A stretch of 56,095 nucleotides of DNA, taken from positions 1-56,095 of the IMG/VR virus record IMGVR_UViG_3300038549_000050. One strand, 5' to 3'. Below the pieces are notes generated by a model that worked only from the letters and a program-made list of their open reading frames with translations, had not been told where the DNA came from and did no database searches. A program made the position numbers and the translations under genes. This document shows, one piece after another, positions 53,790-56,095 of this stretch. Origin of the DNA: a virus. Lineage: Duplodnaviria > Caudoviricetes. Numbering within the stretch: position 1 is the first letter of the stretch; every line of letters starts with the position of its first letter.

Positions 53790-54192
53790 ACTTCAGTTCA
53801 TGAAGTGGGTAAATGGTGGTGGTAGACGTGCCGGCCGGGCTACGGCAGAGCTTGTTAACCACCCTCGGGTAAGCGCGTTCCGGCACCGCCACGAGTTCAG
53901 TCCGCGAATGAGAAAGCGCCTAACCAGCGCCCCGCTGTCCAGGGGATGACACGGCCTTGCTGGCGAAGCCCTATGGTGGGGCTTCGCGCTCTTCGGGGCG
54001 AACAGCAAGGTGGGCCGAATGTGATGTGGGATGGTTCCCCCGTGTAGGCCCTTAAAATCGCGGACAGGCGGGCTGATTTTCTTCTACGCAGTCTTTGGGA
54101 GGGGACCGGCTGGGCTACGGTCACGCATACGACTTCCCAAGGGGCAACGCTTTCCAGGGCGCTACGCAGAAGAAAAGGCCCTAGAGGGGCCT
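53790..54192. ncRNA. Candidate multi-domain structured RNA (~400 nt)
   Basis: Nested helices 53828/53880, 53900/54058, 53955/54003, 53963/53979 and 54077/54168; C-UUCG-G loop; no convincing ORF. Confidence 0.5.
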
Positions 54193-54363
54193 CTACCGTT
54201 TCCCGCCTTCGATCACTGAGAGCCTTGCCTTCGGCCGAGGCCAGCGCATGTTTACGCTGAACTTCGCCTTGGCGATCATCCGGTCATAATCGCTGTTGAT
54301 CTGGTTATGCTCGGCGATGGCTTTGGCGATGATAGTCTTGATGGCGGACATGTCAATCTGCAT
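54193..54363 (-). CDS. Small hypothetical protein
   Basis: AAGGAG RBS; ends LSVIEGGKR; leftward TTGCTT/TATATT promoter-like sequence at 54392-54419. Confidence 0.6.
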   Translation of the reverse strand: MQIDMSAIKTIIAKAIAEHNQINSDYDRMIAKAKFSVNMRWPRPKARLSVIEGGKR

Positions 54364-54506
54364 GGGTGTTCTCCTTCGTTGCTGTTGAACGAATATAGTC
54401 GAAGCGACGATAAAAGCAAGCGCCTTTTTGTAGGCAGCGCTACTTATCAACAGTCGCTGCGAATATAACCTTGCGCGCTGACATCATCGCGGCGTATATA
54501 TGCCTC

Positions 54507-54719
54507 ATGAAGGATCAAGATCAAACTAAGCGCTTCCGGGCTCTGCTCAATCGCATCGGCATCAATCAAGCCCAGCTCGCTAGAGACACCGGCATGAACA
54601 TCAACACCATCAGCCGTTGGGCGCGCGGATGGCAGCAAGCTCCTGGGATTTTGTGGGCTTACATGGAGATGCGCGCTGAGCAGAAAGAGTTCGCGGACAG
54701 GGTGCTGCGAAATAAGTGA
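54507..54719 (+). CDS. XRE-family HTH protein
   Basis: FRALL..IGINQAQLARDTGMNINTISRW. Confidence 0.8.
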   Translation: MKDQDQTKRFRALLNRIGINQAQLARDTGMNINTISRWARGWQQAPGILWAYMEMRAEQKEFADRVLRNK

Positions 54720-54981
54720 TCGAACCTGTAAGGATTGCTTACAGGTTGCGTTCGACGTGTCAAAGGAAACGGCTTTCCTTAACGTGTCTCTTTGCGTAAA
54801 TCTCTACCTAATAGACAAACATTCGGGGCGCCGTCCGGTCTTCAGCCGAGCGACGCCCCTAACCATAGCAGCGAAGGGATGTTCGCCGATGATGGCTGAT
54901 TCGATTAAGAGCCGATCGATTCAATAATCAACGCAAGTGGAGCCAAGGGAAGAATGAACAGTTTCGCCGGAGCGCGAGCTA

Positions 54982-55257
54982 ATGAGCTTGAGTTCAGACT
55001 ACGAAGTTCTGAGGGGAATAGACAGGGCGCTGGCGGACCTCAGGGAAGAGTCCAGGATGTTCGCCCTAGAATCGAGACATTACCGGCGGTCAATCCTGGC
55101 TCGCCTCGACAAACTGGAAGCACAAGCGTCAAAACCGGCCATCGACATTCCTGGAGCCTTGAGGAATGGATGGGTGCAGATCGCCATCTTTTTAGTGCTC
55201 CTGATGTCGAATATAAAGGCCTGGGACGCCGCGCAGCTTGCCTTTGGGGTAAAGTAA
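54982..55257 (+). CDS. Coiled-coil plus C-terminal TM protein
   Basis: GGAG RBS; LARLDKLE coiled coil; WVQIAIFLVLLM. Confidence 0.55.
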   Translation: MSLSSDYEVLRGIDRALADLREESRMFALESRHYRRSILARLDKLEAQASKPAIDIPGALRNGWVQIAIFLVLLMSNIKAWDAAQLAFGVK

Positions 55258-55388
55258 GGCGATGCTCGCCGCGGTGCATCACCTTTGTGAATATCGTCAT
55301 GCTGGCGTCTCTTGGGTTTCTGGCTCCGATACTGATTGTGGCGTGGCTGCTTGGAAAAATATCGATTGGGATTTTCCATTAGAAATGA

Positions 55389-55607
55389 TCAATGCGCCTC
55401 CGCTCTCCACGCCTCACTCACATGCGCCTTTACTGACGCTGCGAAATTGCTCAAAGCTCTGTCCATCAGCTCATGATTTCCAGGGTGCTTGACGAGCTCT
55501 CTCACCACCATAGCAACGGCTGCGTTCATGCAGACCTGTGGACAATAGGGATCTGAAAGTTCGAAGATCGCGTCTACTAGGCGTTCTAATTCCAGTTCTG
55601 GCGTCAT
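55389..55607 (-). CDS. Hypothetical protein
   Basis: ATGA-coupled to the upstream leftward gene. Confidence 0.6.
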   Translation of the reverse strand: MTPELELERLVDAIFELSDPYCPQVCMNAAVAMVVRELVKHPGNHELMDRALSNFAASVKAHVSEAWRAEAH

Positions 55608-55894
55608 TCCGATTCTTCCTCAGCAAGGGAGCGGATGGAAGCAGCAGCTTCTTTCCAGTGGATCTTGCGTGCGCTTTCATATACGTACGACGCAAGGTCT
55701 AGGTTATTGTCGGGCGCAGAGACTTCCAAAGCTGAAGCACACATCTCTATGATGGCGCAAGCAGCGGCTTCCCAGTGGCCCTTAGTTCCAGGAAGCTGAC
55801 AATCCCATGGATCCTGGTCTTCTAGATACTTCGATGCGAGGTAAAGCCCGCTGGCTTCATAGGCAACCTGCCCCGGCGTCTTATCCATTGGCAC
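55604..55894 (-). CDS. Phage hypothetical protein (TPGQVAYEA...W..L....K..WEAAA)
   Basis: Recurring phage motif; coupled to its neighbours. Confidence 0.65.
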   Translation of the reverse strand: MPMDKTPGQVAYEASGLYLASKYLEDQDPWDCQLPGTKGHWEAAACAIIEMCASALEVSAPDNNLDLASYVYESARKIHWKEAAASIRSLAEEESE

Positions 55895-56095
55895 CCTCTA
55901 TCTCTAGGATCTTTATGAGTTCATTTGCAAAGTAATCGTATCTTTGCGCCCGCGCCGCCGCCGCCCACGCCGCCGCCCCCGCCGCCCACGCCGCCGCCCC
56001 CGCCGCCCCCGCCGCCCCCGCCGCCGCCTCCGCCGCCGCCCCCGCCGCCCACGCCGCCTCCGCCGCCGCCCACGCCGCGCATGCCGCCGGCCACG
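55881..56095 (-). CDS. Ala/Trp-repeat protein (5' end off window)
   Basis: ...AAWAAAEAAWAAGAAA...RAQRYDYFANELIKILEIEGANG*. Confidence 0.7.
   Translation of the reverse strand, partial: WPAACAAWAAAEAAWAAGAAAEAAAGAAGAAGAAAWAAGAAAWAAAARAQRYDYFANELIKILEIEGANG

Noticed and set aside
54954-55382. 142-aa ORF overlapping 54982-55257
   Set aside because: The alternative frame has a better RBS and a coherent coiled-coil/TM sequence; only the 3' hydrophobic end of this frame might be a separate tiny gene.

Overview
Near-complete (~56 kb) genome of a P22-like short-tailed phage or prophage. The host is probably an alphaproteobacterium (Hyphomicrobiales-type), inferred from GcrA, an Omp25/RopB-like porin and a PraR/PhrR-like XRE. 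Both ends break inside low-complexity repeat genes of a leftward early operon. Gene order: early-left genes; a Cro-like switch with two TATTG-N8-CAATA operators and no adjacent CI; GcrA; Rha; an outer-membrane beta-barrel; a ~6.7 kb block of small genes; replication (initiator with internal iterons, DnaB, Prim-Pol); a TnpB-only IS200/IS605 element; a polysaccharide-lyase/fibre block; terminase, portal, scaffold and capsid; tail and ejection proteins (one with two ART-like domains); tail fibres; endolysin and spanins; tRNA-Pro and structured non-coding RNA candidates. The most striking feature is at 8253-14928. Two divergent arrays of small genes have nearly every gene closed by a conserved short junction motif: ATCCAYCTAACGCCC (8 copies) on the left and AATCCTAAWGGAG-like (11 copies) on the right. 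They are centred on a degenerate serine-recombinase (resolvase-fold) gene and carry a Tad1-like anti-defence sponge, making this a candidate phage gene-cassette shuffling system. Family assignments come from motif recognition by eye, not database searches.
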